Positions 27,288 through 41,061 of a stretch of DNA of 64,000 nucleotides are shown here, in pieces. The notes under the pieces were generated by a model. It did not search any database, had not been told where the DNA came from, and worked only from the letters and a program-made list of their open reading frames with translations. Position numbers and translations under genes: made by a program. Each line of letters opens with the position of its first letter. The stretch's first letter is position 1. The stretch is from assembly GCA_965199955.1 (NCBI GenBank), contig CBDATQ010000001.1, positions 1,824,001 to 1,888,000 on the forward strand, written 5' to 3'. Source of the DNA: Spirochaetia bacterium. GTDB lineage: Bacteria > Spirochaetota > Spirochaetia > SZUA-6 > Bin103.

Positions 27288-30200
27288 ATGGGACGCACTC
27301 AGCTCGCACCTGAACTGTTCGAGACGATCGACTGGCGCTGCATCGGGCCGCACCGCGGCGGCCGCGTGGTGGCGGTCGCCGGGGACCCCTCGCAAGCCCA
27401 GATCTTCTACTTCGGCGCCTGCGCGGGCGGCGTCTGGAAGACCACCGACGGGGGCACTTACTGGGAGAACGTCTCCGACGACTTCTTCGGGACCGCCGCC
27501 GTGGGCGCGATCGCGGTCGCCGACGCCGACCCCAACGTCGTCTACGCCGGCACGGGCGAGGCGTGCATCCGCGTGGACGTCTCGCACGGCGACGGCGTCT
27601 ACCGCTCGACCGACGGCGGCGCGACCTGGAGCAACGTCGGCCTGACCGACACCCGCCACATCGGCCGCATCCGCATCCATCCGGATGACCCCGACCTGGT
27701 CTATGTGGCCGCCCTCGGCCACGCCTTCGGTCCCAACGACCAGCGCGGCGTGTTCCGCTCCCACGACGGCGGCGCCACCTGGGAGCACGTGCTGCACCGC
27801 GACGCCGAGACCGGCGCCATCGACCTCGCCATCGACCCCACCAACCCGCGCGTCCTGTACGCCGCGCTCTGGCAGGTGATCCGCCGGCCGTGGATCCTGG
27901 AGTCCGGCGGCCCCGGCAGCGGCATCTTCAAGTCCACCGACGGCGGCGATACCTGGACGGAGATCTCAGGCAACCCCGGCCTGCCGGAGGGCATCAAGGG
28001 CCGCATCGGCATCGCCTGCTCGCCGGCCAAGTCCGGACGGGTGTGGGCGATCGTCGAGGCGGAGAAGGGCGCGCTGCTGCGTTCCGAGGACGGCGGCGCA
28101 AACTGGGAGGTGGCGAGCGCCGAGCGCGACCTGCGCCAGCGCCCCTGGTACTACCACCACGTGTTCGCCGACCCGCAGGACGCCGACACTGTGTGGGTGC
28201 TCAACCTGTCGGCCTGGAAGTCCACGGACGCCGGCAAGACCTTCACGACGGTGCCGACCCCGCACGGCGACAACCACGACCTGTGGATCGACCCGACCGA
28301 CCCTCGCCGCATGATCGAGGGCAACGACGGCGGCGCCTGCGTCTCCTTCAACGGCGGCGACACCTGGTCGACGATCTACAACCAGCCGACCTCGCAGTTC
28401 TACCACCTCACCACCGACACGCAGTTCCCGTACCGGGTGTACGGCACGCAGCAGGACAACTCCGCGATCAGCGTGCCCAGCCGCTCGGACAAGGGCATCA
28501 TCCGCATGGACGACTGCTACACGGTCGGCAACTCGGAGAGCGGCCACATCCAGGTGCGGCCCGACAACCCCAACATCGTCTACTCCGGCGCCATCGGCAG
28601 CGCCCCCGGCGGCGGCGGCGTGCTGCTGCGCTACGACCACGCGACCGCGCAGATCCGCATCATCACCGCCTGGCCGGAGGAGTACTCCGGCTACGGCCCC
28701 AAGGACCTCAAGTACCGCTTCCAGTGGACGTACCCGATCCTGATCTCGCCGCACGACCCCGACGTGCTCTACATCGCCGGCAACGTGCTGTTCCGCTCCA
28801 CCGACGACGGCGCGAGCTGGGAGGTGATCAGCCCCGACCTGACCCGCGACGACCCGAGCAAGCAGGAGCCCTCCGGCGGCCCGATCACCAAGGACACCAC
28901 CGGCGCCGAGCACTACTGCACGATCTTCGCCTTCGTCGAGTCCACGCATCAGCAGGGGCTGTTCTGGGCCGGCTCCGACGACGGGCTCATGCACCTGTCC
29001 CGCGACGGCGGCGCCAACTGGCAGGAGATCACGCCGCCGGAGCTCCCCGAGTGGGCGACCGTGGCCACGATCGAGCTGTCCCCGCACGACGAGGCGACTG
29101 CCTACGTGGCCGCCTTCCGCTACAAGCTCGACGACTACCGGCCGTACCTGTTCAAGACCGCCGACTACGGCGCGACCTGGACGCGGATCACCGGCAACCT
29201 GCCGGAGGACGACTTCACGCGCGTCATACGCGAGGACCCGGAGCGTCCGGGGCTGCTGTACGCCGGCACCGAGCGCGGCATCCACGTCTCATCGGACGAC
29301 GGCGCCTCCTGGCAGCCGTTCCAGTGCAACCTGCCGGTGGCGCCGATCCACGACCTGGCGGTCCGCGGCGACGACCTGATCGCGGCCACCCACGGCCGCT
29401 CGTTCTGGATCACCGACGGCCTGGGGCTGCTGCGGCAGTTGGCGGCAGGCGAGGTCGCCCCGGTGCACCTGTTCGCGCCTGCTCCCACGCTCCGCATGGC
29501 CGGTGAGGCCGACCCCACGGCTGCCTCGCCCAAGCAGTACATGGTCGGGCTCGGCCAGCCGGGCACCCTCTATGTCGCGCAGAAACCCGGCGGGGGCTTC
29601 GAGCGCCGCGCGCTGGACTGCGGCGTCAATCCCCGCGCGGGCGTGGTCCTGCACTACCACTTGAAGGAAGAGCCGGAAGGCGAGGTCACCCTGTCCTTCC
29701 ACGACGCGGACGGCCAGGAGATCCGCACGTTCTCCAGCGTGGAGCCGGAGCCGCCCTCGGAGGAGGACAAGGAGAAGGGGAAGGAGGAGTCGCCCAAGGA
29801 CCCGGTGGTGCCGGCCAAGGCCGGCATGAACCGCTTCGCCTGGGACATGCGCTACCCCGGCTCGCACCCGATCACGGGTACCGCCGACCGACCGCCCGGG
29901 CCGCTGGCCGCCCCGGGCCGTTACGAGGCGCGCCTCACCGTGGCGGACGCCACCCACCGGCAGCCGTTCGAGATCCGCAAGGACCCGCGCCTGGAGGCGA
30001 CGCAGGAGGAGCTGGATGCCCAGTTCGAGCTGGCCATCCGGATCCGCGACAAGGTCTCGGAGGCCAACGACGCGGTCAGCGAGCTGCGCAGCGCCAGCCG
30101 GCAGATGGGCGAGTGGGCCGGCCGCGCCAAGGACGGCCCCGGCGAGCAGCCGGTCGCCGACGCGGCGCGCGCGCTCCGGAAGGAGATGAAGGCGATCGAG

Positions 30201-30494
30201 GAGGAGCTGGTCGAGCCGCGCGCCGAGGGGGCGCTGAACCGCCTCAACCACCCGGTCAAGCTGGTCGCCAAGCTGGGCGCCCTGACCAGCGTGGTGACCA
30301 ACGCCGACACGGCGCCGCCGAAGCAGGCGTACGACGTGTACGACCACCTGGCCGGCCGGATCGACGCGCAGCTCGCCCGGCTCGGAGAGACCCTGGACAG
30401 CCGGCTGCCGCCCTTCGCGGACCTGCTGCGCGAGCACGAGGTCCCGGCGGTGGTGCCGGGTAGCGAGCCGGTGGCGGACGCCAAGAGCGACTGA
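27288..30494 (+). CDS. VPS10/sortilin-like BNR-repeat glycosyl hydrolase
   Basis: WRCIGPHRGGR, many S/TxDGGxTW Asp-boxes, HGDNH, GNDGG and ATHGRSFW. Confidence 0.9.
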   Translation: MGRTQLAPELFETIDWRCIGPHRGGRVVAVAGDPSQAQIFYFGACAGGVWKTTDGGTYWENVSDDFFGTAAVGAIAVADADPNVVYAGTGEACIRVDVSHGDGVYRSTDGGATWSNVGLTDTRHIGRIRIHPDDPDLVYVAALGHAFGPNDQRGVFRSHDGGATWEHVLHRDAETGAIDLAIDPTNPRVLYAALWQVIRRPWILESGGPGSGIFKSTDGGDTWTEISGNPGLPEGIKGRIGIACSPAKSGRVWAIVEAEKGALLRSEDGGANWEVASAERDLRQRPWYYHHVFADPQDADTVWVLNLSAWKSTDAGKTFTTVPTPHGDNHDLWIDPTDPRRMIEGNDGGACVSFNGGDTWSTIYNQPTSQFYHLTTDTQFPYRVYGTQQDNSAISVPSRSDKGIIRMDDCYTVGNSESGHIQVRPDNPNIVYSGAIGSAPGGGGVLLRYDHATAQIRIITAWPEEYSGYGPKDLKYRFQWTYPILISPHDPDVLYIAGNVLFRSTDDGASWEVISPDLTRDDPSKQEPSGGPITKDTTGAEHYCTIFAFVESTHQQGLFWAGSDDGLMHLSRDGGANWQEITPPELPEWATVATIELSPHDEATAYVAAFRYKLDDYRPYLFKTADYGATWTRITGNLPEDDFTRVIREDPERPGLLYAGTERGIHVSSDDGASWQPFQCNLPVAPIHDLAVRGDDLIAATHGRSFWITDGLGLLRQLAAGEVAPVHLFAPAPTLRMAGEADPTAASPKQYMVGLGQPGTLYVAQKPGGGFERRALDCGVNPRAGVVLHYHLKEEPEGEVTLSFHDADGQEIRTFSSVEPEPPSEEDKEKGKEESPKDPVVPAKAGMNRFAWDMRYPGSHPITGTADRPPGPLAAPGRYEARLTVADATHRQPFEIRKDPRLEATQEELDAQFELAIRIRDKVSEANDAVSELRSASRQMGEWAGRAKDGPGEQPVADAARALRKEMKAIEEELVEPRAEGALNRLNHPVKLVAKLGALTSVVTNADTAPPKQAYDVYDHLAGRIDAQLARLGETLDSRLPPFADLLREHEVPAVVPGSEPVADAKSD

Positions 30495-30634
30495 TGGGCC
30501 GGCCGCTCGGCGTCCCCGAGGTGCGCTGGGAGCGCATGTTCCCGGACGAGCTGGACGCGGCGTTCGAGCGCTGCCCGGTCCTGTACCTGCCCTACGGGCT
30601 GTGCGAGCCGCACGGTCCGCAGAGCGCCCTGGGC
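30494..30634 (+). pseudogene. N-terminal fragment of a creatininase-family protein
   Basis: RWERMFPDEL...YLPYGLCEPHGPQSALG stops just before the expected conserved Asp. TGATG coupling to the upstream gene is retained. Confidence 0.75.
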
Positions 30635-30850
30635 CACGAAGACGCCGTGGCCGACGTCAAGTCCGCGATCCCGTTCCCATATCGAGACGTTCGGATCCGA
30701 AGTGTTCGAGGACGATGCGCCGGCGTTGGAGGTCTTCGTTGTCGAAGCGGGCATTGCTCTCAGGTGAGCCGATTCCCGACAGATTCACCTTGTCGGCGGG
30801 TTATCAAGACGTTCGGGCGTCTGGGCTTCCAGGTCGTTCGCGAAGGAACC
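30635..30850 (+). pseudogene. Degraded hicB-hicA toxin-antitoxin remnant
   Basis: EDAVADVKSAI, then a frameshift, then HIETFGSEVFEDDAPALEVFVVEAGIALR* (HicB-like tail, stop 30767). This overlaps GTG 30764 SRFPTDSPCRRVIKTFGRLGFQVVREG (HicA-like head, cut before the catalytic His). Confidence 0.65.
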
Positions 30851-31954
30851 AGCAAGCGGTGGTTGCGGAGCGTTCGGGTGGAATGACGCCGAGCGGAGGA
30901 TTGTGAGGTCCGCACCGTTGGCGGGCGCGACGACGGCCCGTTCGAGGATGCGCTGCAGACGCTCCGCGCCGATCTCGGCACGGGCATTGACGACCACGTG
31001 GAGCTGACGGTCGCTGAGCCGGTCGAGCTGGTGCAGATCGTCGAGCAGCGCCTGTCCGGGTGCATCGTCCGCCCCGGTGTGGCTGATCTTGACGTCGTAC
31101 AGGTGATCCCGGATCAGGAACTTCACGTGGCCGATGGCGTCCGCCTCGTCGCGGACCTCGGCGACGACAGCGCGCACCAGGCGGCTGGCGGCTGCTCGGG
31201 CGCCTCCCTCGGCTGTGTCCACCCGGACTTCCGCGTCGAGCCAGGCAAGCGCTTCCTCGCCGGCCCCGTAGCGCGCGTAGTCGATGCCCAGATCGCAGGC
31301 GCCGGCGGCTGCGGTGGCCGGATGATCGGGATCGCAGAGCGCGTCGACCCATCCGGCCACGCCGGCCGGCGTGCGTCCGTCCTGACAGAGCACGGTCTGA
31401 CCCGGCACGGGGATGCCGGACCCGTTGCAGGAAGCGGGTAATGAGGGCGGATCGGTCATCAGATCCCACTTGCTCGCCACCAGCAGCGGTGCCTCGCGGA
31501 GCTGTTCCAGGAACAGATACTCGAGGTCGCCGGACCACGGTAGCGGCTCGCCCGACTGGAGCCGGATCAGCACCCGGGCGTCCACCATCGCCGTGAACGA
31601 CACCCGATCGACCGGTCCGGACGCCGACCCGAGCAGCGGCCGCACCACGGTCGCGACCAGGTCGGTGCAGGAGCCCACCGCCTCAGCGAACACGTGCCGG
31701 GCGCCGCCACGGAGCGCCTCGGCCAGCAACTCGACCAGTTCGTCGTAGCGACAACAGAAGCAACCACCCGTCACTTCGCGAGTCGGATGCGACCCCTGCA
31801 GGAACGCCGTGTCCACCAGCAATGTGCCTTGGTCGTTGGTGATGACGGACGCGGCCTCGCCACGCTGCCGCAGCAGCTCGCAGGCACTGCGGATGGCCGT
31901 GGTCTTGCCGCTGCCCAGGAATCCGCCGACCAAGTGGACCGTAACGGTCGTCAT
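30785..31954 (-). CDS. CobW/P47K (COG0523-like) metal-binding GTPase
   Basis: GGFLGSGKTT, ITNDQG, GGCFCC, EAVGSCTD and SKWD motifs. Confidence 0.88.
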   Translation of the reverse strand: MTTVTVHLVGGFLGSGKTTAIRSACELLRQRGEAASVITNDQGTLLVDTAFLQGSHPTREVTGGCFCCRYDELVELLAEALRGGARHVFAEAVGSCTDLVATVVRPLLGSASGPVDRVSFTAMVDARVLIRLQSGEPLPWSGDLEYLFLEQLREAPLLVASKWDLMTDPPSLPASCNGSGIPVPGQTVLCQDGRTPAGVAGWVDALCDPDHPATAAAGACDLGIDYARYGAGEEALAWLDAEVRVDTAEGGARAAASRLVRAVVAEVRDEADAIGHVKFLIRDHLYDVKISHTGADDAPGQALLDDLHQLDRLSDRQLHVVVNARAEIGAERLQRILERAVVAPANGADLTILRSASFHPNAPQPPLAGSFANDLEAQTPERLDNPPTR

Positions 31955-31999
31955 ATCACCGGAAGAGTGCCCGCGGGCGCGACCAGAACGTGTGGTCAA

Positions 32000-34495
32000 C
32001 TACCAGCGTGACGGACCAGGGTACACACCTGTCCCGATCGATGCTCTGACGATCCAGACCACAATCGCGACGAACGTCGCGTAGCGTGTGTATACCCCCA
32101 TGCCGGCGCCGATCGCCGCCTGGGCGAGGTCGACGGGGGCAACGTTGCCGGACTGGAGGAGGCGAAGGGCCGGGGAGAGTTCGGTGCGGAGGGCGGTGAG
32201 GAAGTCGCGTCGCGTCGCTGACGGTGCGTCGGTAGGCCGGCGCCGACAGACGAGGATAATGCTGGACGCGAGCGTATTCGCTTCTCTGGCAACGATCCTG
32301 CCAGCGCTTTCGGTCCGCATGGGCCATGTGCCAGAGATCCCGAAACCGGACCGAATCACGGCATCCAGAAAGGTCTCCCAACCCGTGCTCGCGGTCCCGC
32401 TGTCGCCCCTCGTTTCCGACTGCTTGAAGGCGTAGTAGATCGTGACCGGGAATCCCGGATGCGCCTGTTCGGCGAGCCCCTTGAGCGCCCTGGTCATGCC
32501 GTCAAGGAAGAAGACCCCTGCCGCCTTCTTGCTTCCGTGGCGGTAGGGAGTGGCCACGAGTTCCTGCGCTTTCGGCACGGCGACGGTCGCAAACAGTCCC
32601 GGGAATACGGGCTTGAGGGACCGGCGCAGCCAGACGTAGAAAAAGTCCGAGAGGTCAGCGTAGCCGATGTTGTCGTAGTACGGTGGATCCGCAGATATGA
32701 GGGTGCCGTTGGGCATCGGTCGACGATCCGCCGCGTCCCGTTGACTGCTGAAGCCGCCGAATCGCGCGGGAAACGTATCTATCGTCATGGCTCCCTTCGC
32801 CAAGGCCGCCTCTAGGCTGCCTCCGGCCCCAGCGAACGGATTGGCTTCGGCGAAATCCCACATCATTGGTATCGCCTGTCTGGCGAAGGTCTCTCGGAAC
32901 GCACCGCGGTCACTCATCCAGGACGTAATCGATGAGCCGAGATTCGCGACCTTGGAGAGTGCGAACGCCAAATACAGGGACACCGCCTCGGCGTACGCGG
33001 TCGCACCCGTGCCGCCCTCGCGGAGCGGCCGGTCGTCGTCCGGCAGCCCCGCAGCCGCGGCGTCGCGCCGGACGCGCTCCGTCGCCGCGCCGGCCAGATC
33101 TGCGAACGTCGTCAGGGCCACGAGCTGGCGCGACGTGAAGAGGTCACACCAGCGGAGCATTCCGTATTCCTGAACGCGAAAGCCCAGCGCCCGCTGCGGC
33201 AGCTCCGTCTCGGGCATCCACTCTGGCTTGGCATCAGTTGCCGCGAGTTCGTGGTCAGCCGTGGGCGTGAGGTAGACTCGTTCCCGGTCGCCTTCGGCCA
33301 CGACCGAGAGTAGCCGCGTACCCAGGCGACCAGCCTTGCCTTCCGCTCGCAAGTAGTCGAACGGCATCGGCGAGCCGGACATCAGGCAGAGGAACGGACT
33401 GCCGCTCCCGCCAGATTTCGTCCCCCGCTTCGTGATCGACGCATTGGCCGGTGCGCCGACCCTGACCCGGAACTGGTACGCCCGACCCTCGATCACCGGC
33501 TCGACGTAGACCTCCCTGCCCTTCTTCGTCGACAGCATGAACGTGGATGCGAGCGGCACCTCTACGTCGGCGAAGGCCGGGTTCGGGCTTCTGACCGTCC
33601 GCGTCCACAGCCAAGCAATGACCGTCAGCTTCCTGCCCTGATACCGTTGCAGGTCGGGACGGTCCCGCACGATCTCGGCGGTGATCTCGATGGACGGGTA
33701 CAGATGACCGATCCGCTGCTCCGCATCGTCTCGCATCCGGCGGCCGTAGTGGCGCACGTCTTCGGCCAGCCCTTGGGCGCCCTGCCACGTCTTCTCGATG
33801 ATCGTGGCCTCGCTCCGCGCTTCCGGGTTCACCGGCGACCGGCCGACGAACTTCGGCGGGATCTCGATCATCGCCTTGTTGATGAGGACCGCAACCGGGT
33901 TGAGGTCGCTGGCGTGGGCCTCCAAGCCCAGCCGCTGCGCTTCGAGCGGCAGCGCCCCGCCGCCCGCGAACGGGTCGTGGAACGCCGGCAGCTTCTTGCG
34001 GTCGAACAATGTGTCAGCGCGCGGATGATCGACATTCTCGTCGCAGGCCCGCCGCCAGCTCTGCCAGATCTCGGTCCGCGCCTGTTCGAGCACCGTCTCG
34101 TTGGTCGTGTTCTCCCACCGCACCAGTTCTTTGACGATCCCGAACAGCCGCTCCCGTTCCCGCTCCGCCGCGATCTCCCGCAGTTCCGCCCGCTCGTTGT
34201 TTCTGCCTGCTCCGGACCCTTCATCGTCGCCCATCCCGCGCTGCCGGAGCGCTCGTTGCGCTGCGCGCTTCGTCGCCGGGTCGGACAGCAGCGTGTCGAC
34301 GTACTCAGACGGATCGTCGACCATCTGCGCGAAGATCACGGCGCGGGCCACGGCGAGCGGTTTGCGTGACCACCACAAGTGCAACGTAGACGGGTGCCCG
34401 TGCCGGACGGACTTCTCACGAGCCCCCGCCGCGTTGATCTCGTCAAGCGGCAGCGCAACCTCGATCAGCTTCCTGCGCACGTGGGACGTGGTCAC
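32000..34495 (-). pseudogene. DUF1156 adenine-specific DNA methyltransferase, C-terminally truncated near 32080
   Basis: [40 protein letters not shown] and [15 protein letters not shown], followed by unrelated residues and a stop. Confidence 0.85.
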
Positions 34496-34539
34496 CGGCA
34501 ACTCCGTCAGGCTTGGTCGAGTGGGTCTACGACGGCACG

Positions 34540-34776
34540 TCATTCCTTTTCCATGGCCCGGTAGAGCGCCTCCCGGTCGGAGATGTCGACCAGTTCCTCT
34601 CCGCCGTTCCATGATGGAAGCGGGCGTAGCGTCTCCGGCGCATCCTCGACCTCGGGAGCCGCGAGCACGCGCCGGAGCCCTGCCTCGACGAGCGTGGACA
34701 TCGTGGTACCGCGTCGTACCGCCTCTTCCCGCAGACGCTGCATGACCGAATCGTCGATGTTGAGGGTCGTCTTCAA
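34540..34776 (-). CDS. Orphan ribbon-helix-helix (VapB-like) antitoxin
   Basis: [34 protein letters not shown]...[14 protein letters not shown]. No PIN toxin follows. Confidence 0.8.
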   Translation of the reverse strand: MKTTLNIDDSVMQRLREEAVRRGTTMSTLVEAGLRRVLAAPEVEDAPETLRPLPSWNGGEELVDISDREALYRAMEKE

Positions 34777-34843
34777 TATGGGGAACCATACCACGTCGAG
34801 TCCGACACCCGCCCATACCCCCTTCGAGACTGTCGCCGAGGAG

Positions 34844-37954
<3,111 letters not shown>

Positions 37955-38076
37955 GAACTCACACCGCGGCCGGAGCCGCTCGGTGGTCAACGGCGAGGCG
38001 TTTGCTCCGAGCTTGGACCTCGTCCTCCCTCCTTCGAGACCAACATAGCCACGGCATGCCACAATGACCTGAAGCC

Positions 38077-39471
38077 ATGCAGAAGATCCTGTTCCTTGAC
38101 GACTGGTGCCTGGAGACGACGCACAACGTGGTGCGGCGGCTGGGCCGGCCGAAGCCGGTGCCGGAGGGCACCTGGTCAGACCCGTACGACCTGGGCAACG
38201 CCTACCCCTCGGTGTTCCACGACCGGAACCGCGGCAAGTGGCGGGTGATCTACGGCGGCGCGCCGGATCCGGACGACTTCATCTGCAACGCCCTGTTCGG
38301 GGCGATCGGCGACGACGGCGTCCACTGGGAGATCGACCCGGTGGCGGACGATCACACCTCGTGGTCGGGCTCCTTCCCGCACTGCCTGATGGAGGCGAGG
38401 AGGAACGCGGAGAGCGGGCAGGTGTACCAGGACCCGCGCGACTCCCGCCATCCGTACAAGATCCTCTGCCTCGACTGGGACTGGCGCAGCGGGGCGGCGA
38501 CCATGCGAAACCCGGTAGTGGTCTCCGCCGACGGCTACCACTGGCAGGAGCTGCCGGGGGCGCGCTGGGGCGACTGGTCCAGCGACACCTGCCACACCGT
38601 GTTCTTCAACAAGCTCACCGGCCGGCACCAGGTGATGTGCCGCGCCAGGGACATCAAGCCGCCGTTCAGCCAGCGCCTGGTGGCGAGCATCGAGACCGAG
38701 GACTGGGTGCACTACACCGAGCCGGAGGTCATCGTCCGCCCGGACTCGTGCGACCCGCCGCTGTCACAGCCGTACGGCATGCCGATGTTCCCGTACGGCG
38801 ACTACTTCATCGGCTTCCTGTGGCTCCTGGTCGGCGACCCGAACGAGACCACCACCAAGGGCGCGGGCCCGGTGTCCAATCACCTCGTCTACAGCATCAA
38901 CGGCCGCAACATCAACCGCACCTTCCGCGAGCAGTTCGTGGAGCCGGCCGAGCCGGGCGACTTCGGCGGCTTCGGGTTCTATCCCTGCAGCCTGGTGCAG
39001 CTTCCGGACGAGCTGCGCATCTACTCCAGCGGCGGCCGTACCGACCACGGCGGCAAGGGCCCGATTCCCGCCGGGCAGCACGGCCACGCGATGTGCCTGC
39101 ACACCCTGCGGCCGGACGGCTTCATGTACCTGGAGAGCCGCTCCGGCGCCGCGAGCGTGCTGACCAAGGGGTTCGAGCTCACGGAAGCCGGCCTGGCGCT
39201 GAACGTCGACGCGCCGATCGGGGAGGTGCGGGCGCAGGTGCACGTGCAGACGGACAGGGATCCGGGCGAACCGCCGGCGGTGCAGGAGGTAGCCGAGGGG
39301 TTCTCGGCCGCGGAGTGCCGGCCGTTCACGGGAGACAGCCTGCGCTGGGAGCCGACCTGGAGCAGCGGCAGGACCCTGGACGAGCTGATCGGCCGAACCG
39401 TGCGGGTGGAGGTCCTGTTCGAACGCGGCCGGCTCTACTCGATCGAGGTCGGCGGCACGCTGCTGCAGTAG
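38077..39471 (+). CDS. Beta-propeller glycosidase-like hypothetical protein
   Basis: LFLDDW, DDGVHW, SADGYHW, YGMPMFPYG and LRPDGFMYL. Same architecture as 16346-17773. Confidence 0.7.
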   Translation: MQKILFLDDWCLETTHNVVRRLGRPKPVPEGTWSDPYDLGNAYPSVFHDRNRGKWRVIYGGAPDPDDFICNALFGAIGDDGVHWEIDPVADDHTSWSGSFPHCLMEARRNAESGQVYQDPRDSRHPYKILCLDWDWRSGAATMRNPVVVSADGYHWQELPGARWGDWSSDTCHTVFFNKLTGRHQVMCRARDIKPPFSQRLVASIETEDWVHYTEPEVIVRPDSCDPPLSQPYGMPMFPYGDYFIGFLWLLVGDPNETTTKGAGPVSNHLVYSINGRNINRTFREQFVEPAEPGDFGGFGFYPCSLVQLPDELRIYSSGGRTDHGGKGPIPAGQHGHAMCLHTLRPDGFMYLESRSGAASVLTKGFELTEAGLALNVDAPIGEVRAQVHVQTDRDPGEPPAVQEVAEGFSAAECRPFTGDSLRWEPTWSSGRTLDELIGRTVRVEVLFERGRLYSIEVGGTLLQ

Positions 39472-39495
39472 CGGGCTGCGCCGCGGGTCGGGCCC

Positions 39496-41049
39496 GTGAG
39501 TGACGGTATCGGCATCGAGTCCCGCCTGAACCTGCCGGAGCGCTTCCGCTACGAGCGGGTCGTCAGGAAGGCCAGGGACTACGGGGCCGGAGACCGCCGG
39601 GTCATCGCCGATCTCCGCGGCCCCGGCTGCGTCCGCCACTTCTACTGCGTGGGAAGCCGGGGCGGCCACGACGGCGACCTGTCCAACCGCAACCGCGCGT
39701 TCATCATCCGCTTCTACTGGGACGGCGAGGAGGAACCCAGCGTCGAGGTACCGCTGGCGGACCTGTTCGGCGTGCACCACAACGTTTCCTACTACCCGAT
39801 CAACAGCTTCTACGTGACGGCCAAGGCCGACGCCGGGTTCGGCTGCTACTTTCCCATGCCGTTCGCGCACTCGGCGCGCGTCGAGGTGGAGGCGCTGGAG
39901 GACGGCACCTTCATCTACACCCTGGACTGGCACCGCTACCTGGACGGCGGGCTCGAAGAGCCGCTGCGCTTCCACGCGTCGTGGCGGCGCGAGAATCCGG
40001 CGCCCGCGTGGGGTCCGGACTTCCTGGTGATGGATGCGCTCGGAAGCGGCTACCTGGCGGGTTTCTCGCTCGGGGTCAGGCTGCGGAGCGACGAGCAGCG
40101 CTGGTCGCATGCCGGCTCGGAGAACCTGTACCTCGACGGCGAGGCTACCGGCGAGGGGGGCGTCGTGCCCCATTACCTGCGGGCCGGCGGCGGCGAGAAC
40201 ACCTTCGACGCCGGCTTCGGCGGCGTGACGCACGCGCCGGACACCGGGCTGTACAGCGGCATCCCGTACCTGGAGTACCGCGACGCCGGTCCTGCGCTGG
40301 CCCGCCACGTGCTCAGCGCCTACCGCTTCTACGTGCACGACCTCCTGCCGTTCCACCGCTCGCTGCACTTCCGCTGGGGCAGCCACTGCAACGACATGTG
40401 CGCCACCGCCTACTGGTACCAGACCGAGCCACGCCGGCCGTTCGTGCGCATGGCCTCGGCCGGGCATCTGCGCTACGGCGACTGGGAGCACGAGGTCGAG
40501 GTCCCCCGGGGCACCTGCGACCTGCTGCTGCCGTGCGGGGCATCCGGGGAGGACGCCGTGCCGGCGAGCGAGGACGACGGCACCTGGTCGCTCCACCGCG
40601 GCGACCAGGCGCTGCACCGCCCGCCGGAGTCGATCGGTCCCGGCATTACCGCACGCGCGTGCCACGGCTTCATCGACTTCTCGCACGTGTTCAACGTGCG
40701 CAGCACAGGCTCCAATGAGACGTGGCCCTGCGATGCCGCCGCCGTGGGGCTCCTCACGGTGGAGCGCGCGACCGAGGCGACCGTGCACCTGAGCTGGGAC
40801 GGAGACCTGCGCGTGCGCCTCAACGACGAGCCGCCGCGGCACCTCGGCCTGCGGGAGACCTACGGCTATCGGGCGGTTCCGGTCACGCTGAAGCGCGGTG
40901 TGAACACGCTGGTCATCCACTTGGACAACGCCGACAGCCGCCTCAGTTGGGGCGCGTTCGCCTTCTCCTGCCGCGTCGTGAGCGACGACGGCTCGGTCAT
41001 CGTCCCGGCGGCCCTCCTCGAAGCGTCGCAGGTAGAATACGGCGGGTAA
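39496..41049 (+). CDS. DUF2961 (GH172-like) protein
   Basis: GPGCVRH, RFYWDGEEEPSVEVPLADLFG, CYFPMPF, YRFYVHD and AYWYQ motifs. Confidence 0.85.
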   Translation: MSDGIGIESRLNLPERFRYERVVRKARDYGAGDRRVIADLRGPGCVRHFYCVGSRGGHDGDLSNRNRAFIIRFYWDGEEEPSVEVPLADLFGVHHNVSYYPINSFYVTAKADAGFGCYFPMPFAHSARVEVEALEDGTFIYTLDWHRYLDGGLEEPLRFHASWRRENPAPAWGPDFLVMDALGSGYLAGFSLGVRLRSDEQRWSHAGSENLYLDGEATGEGGVVPHYLRAGGGENTFDAGFGGVTHAPDTGLYSGIPYLEYRDAGPALARHVLSAYRFYVHDLLPFHRSLHFRWGSHCNDMCATAYWYQTEPRRPFVRMASAGHLRYGDWEHEVEVPRGTCDLLLPCGASGEDAVPASEDDGTWSLHRGDQALHRPPESIGPGITARACHGFIDFSHVFNVRSTGSNETWPCDAAAVGLLTVERATEATVHLSWDGDLRVRLNDEPPRHLGLRETYGYRAVPVTLKRGVNTLVIHLDNADSRLSWGAFAFSCRVVSDDGSVIVPAALLEASQVEYGG

Positions 41050-41061
41050 GGAAGCGGACAC

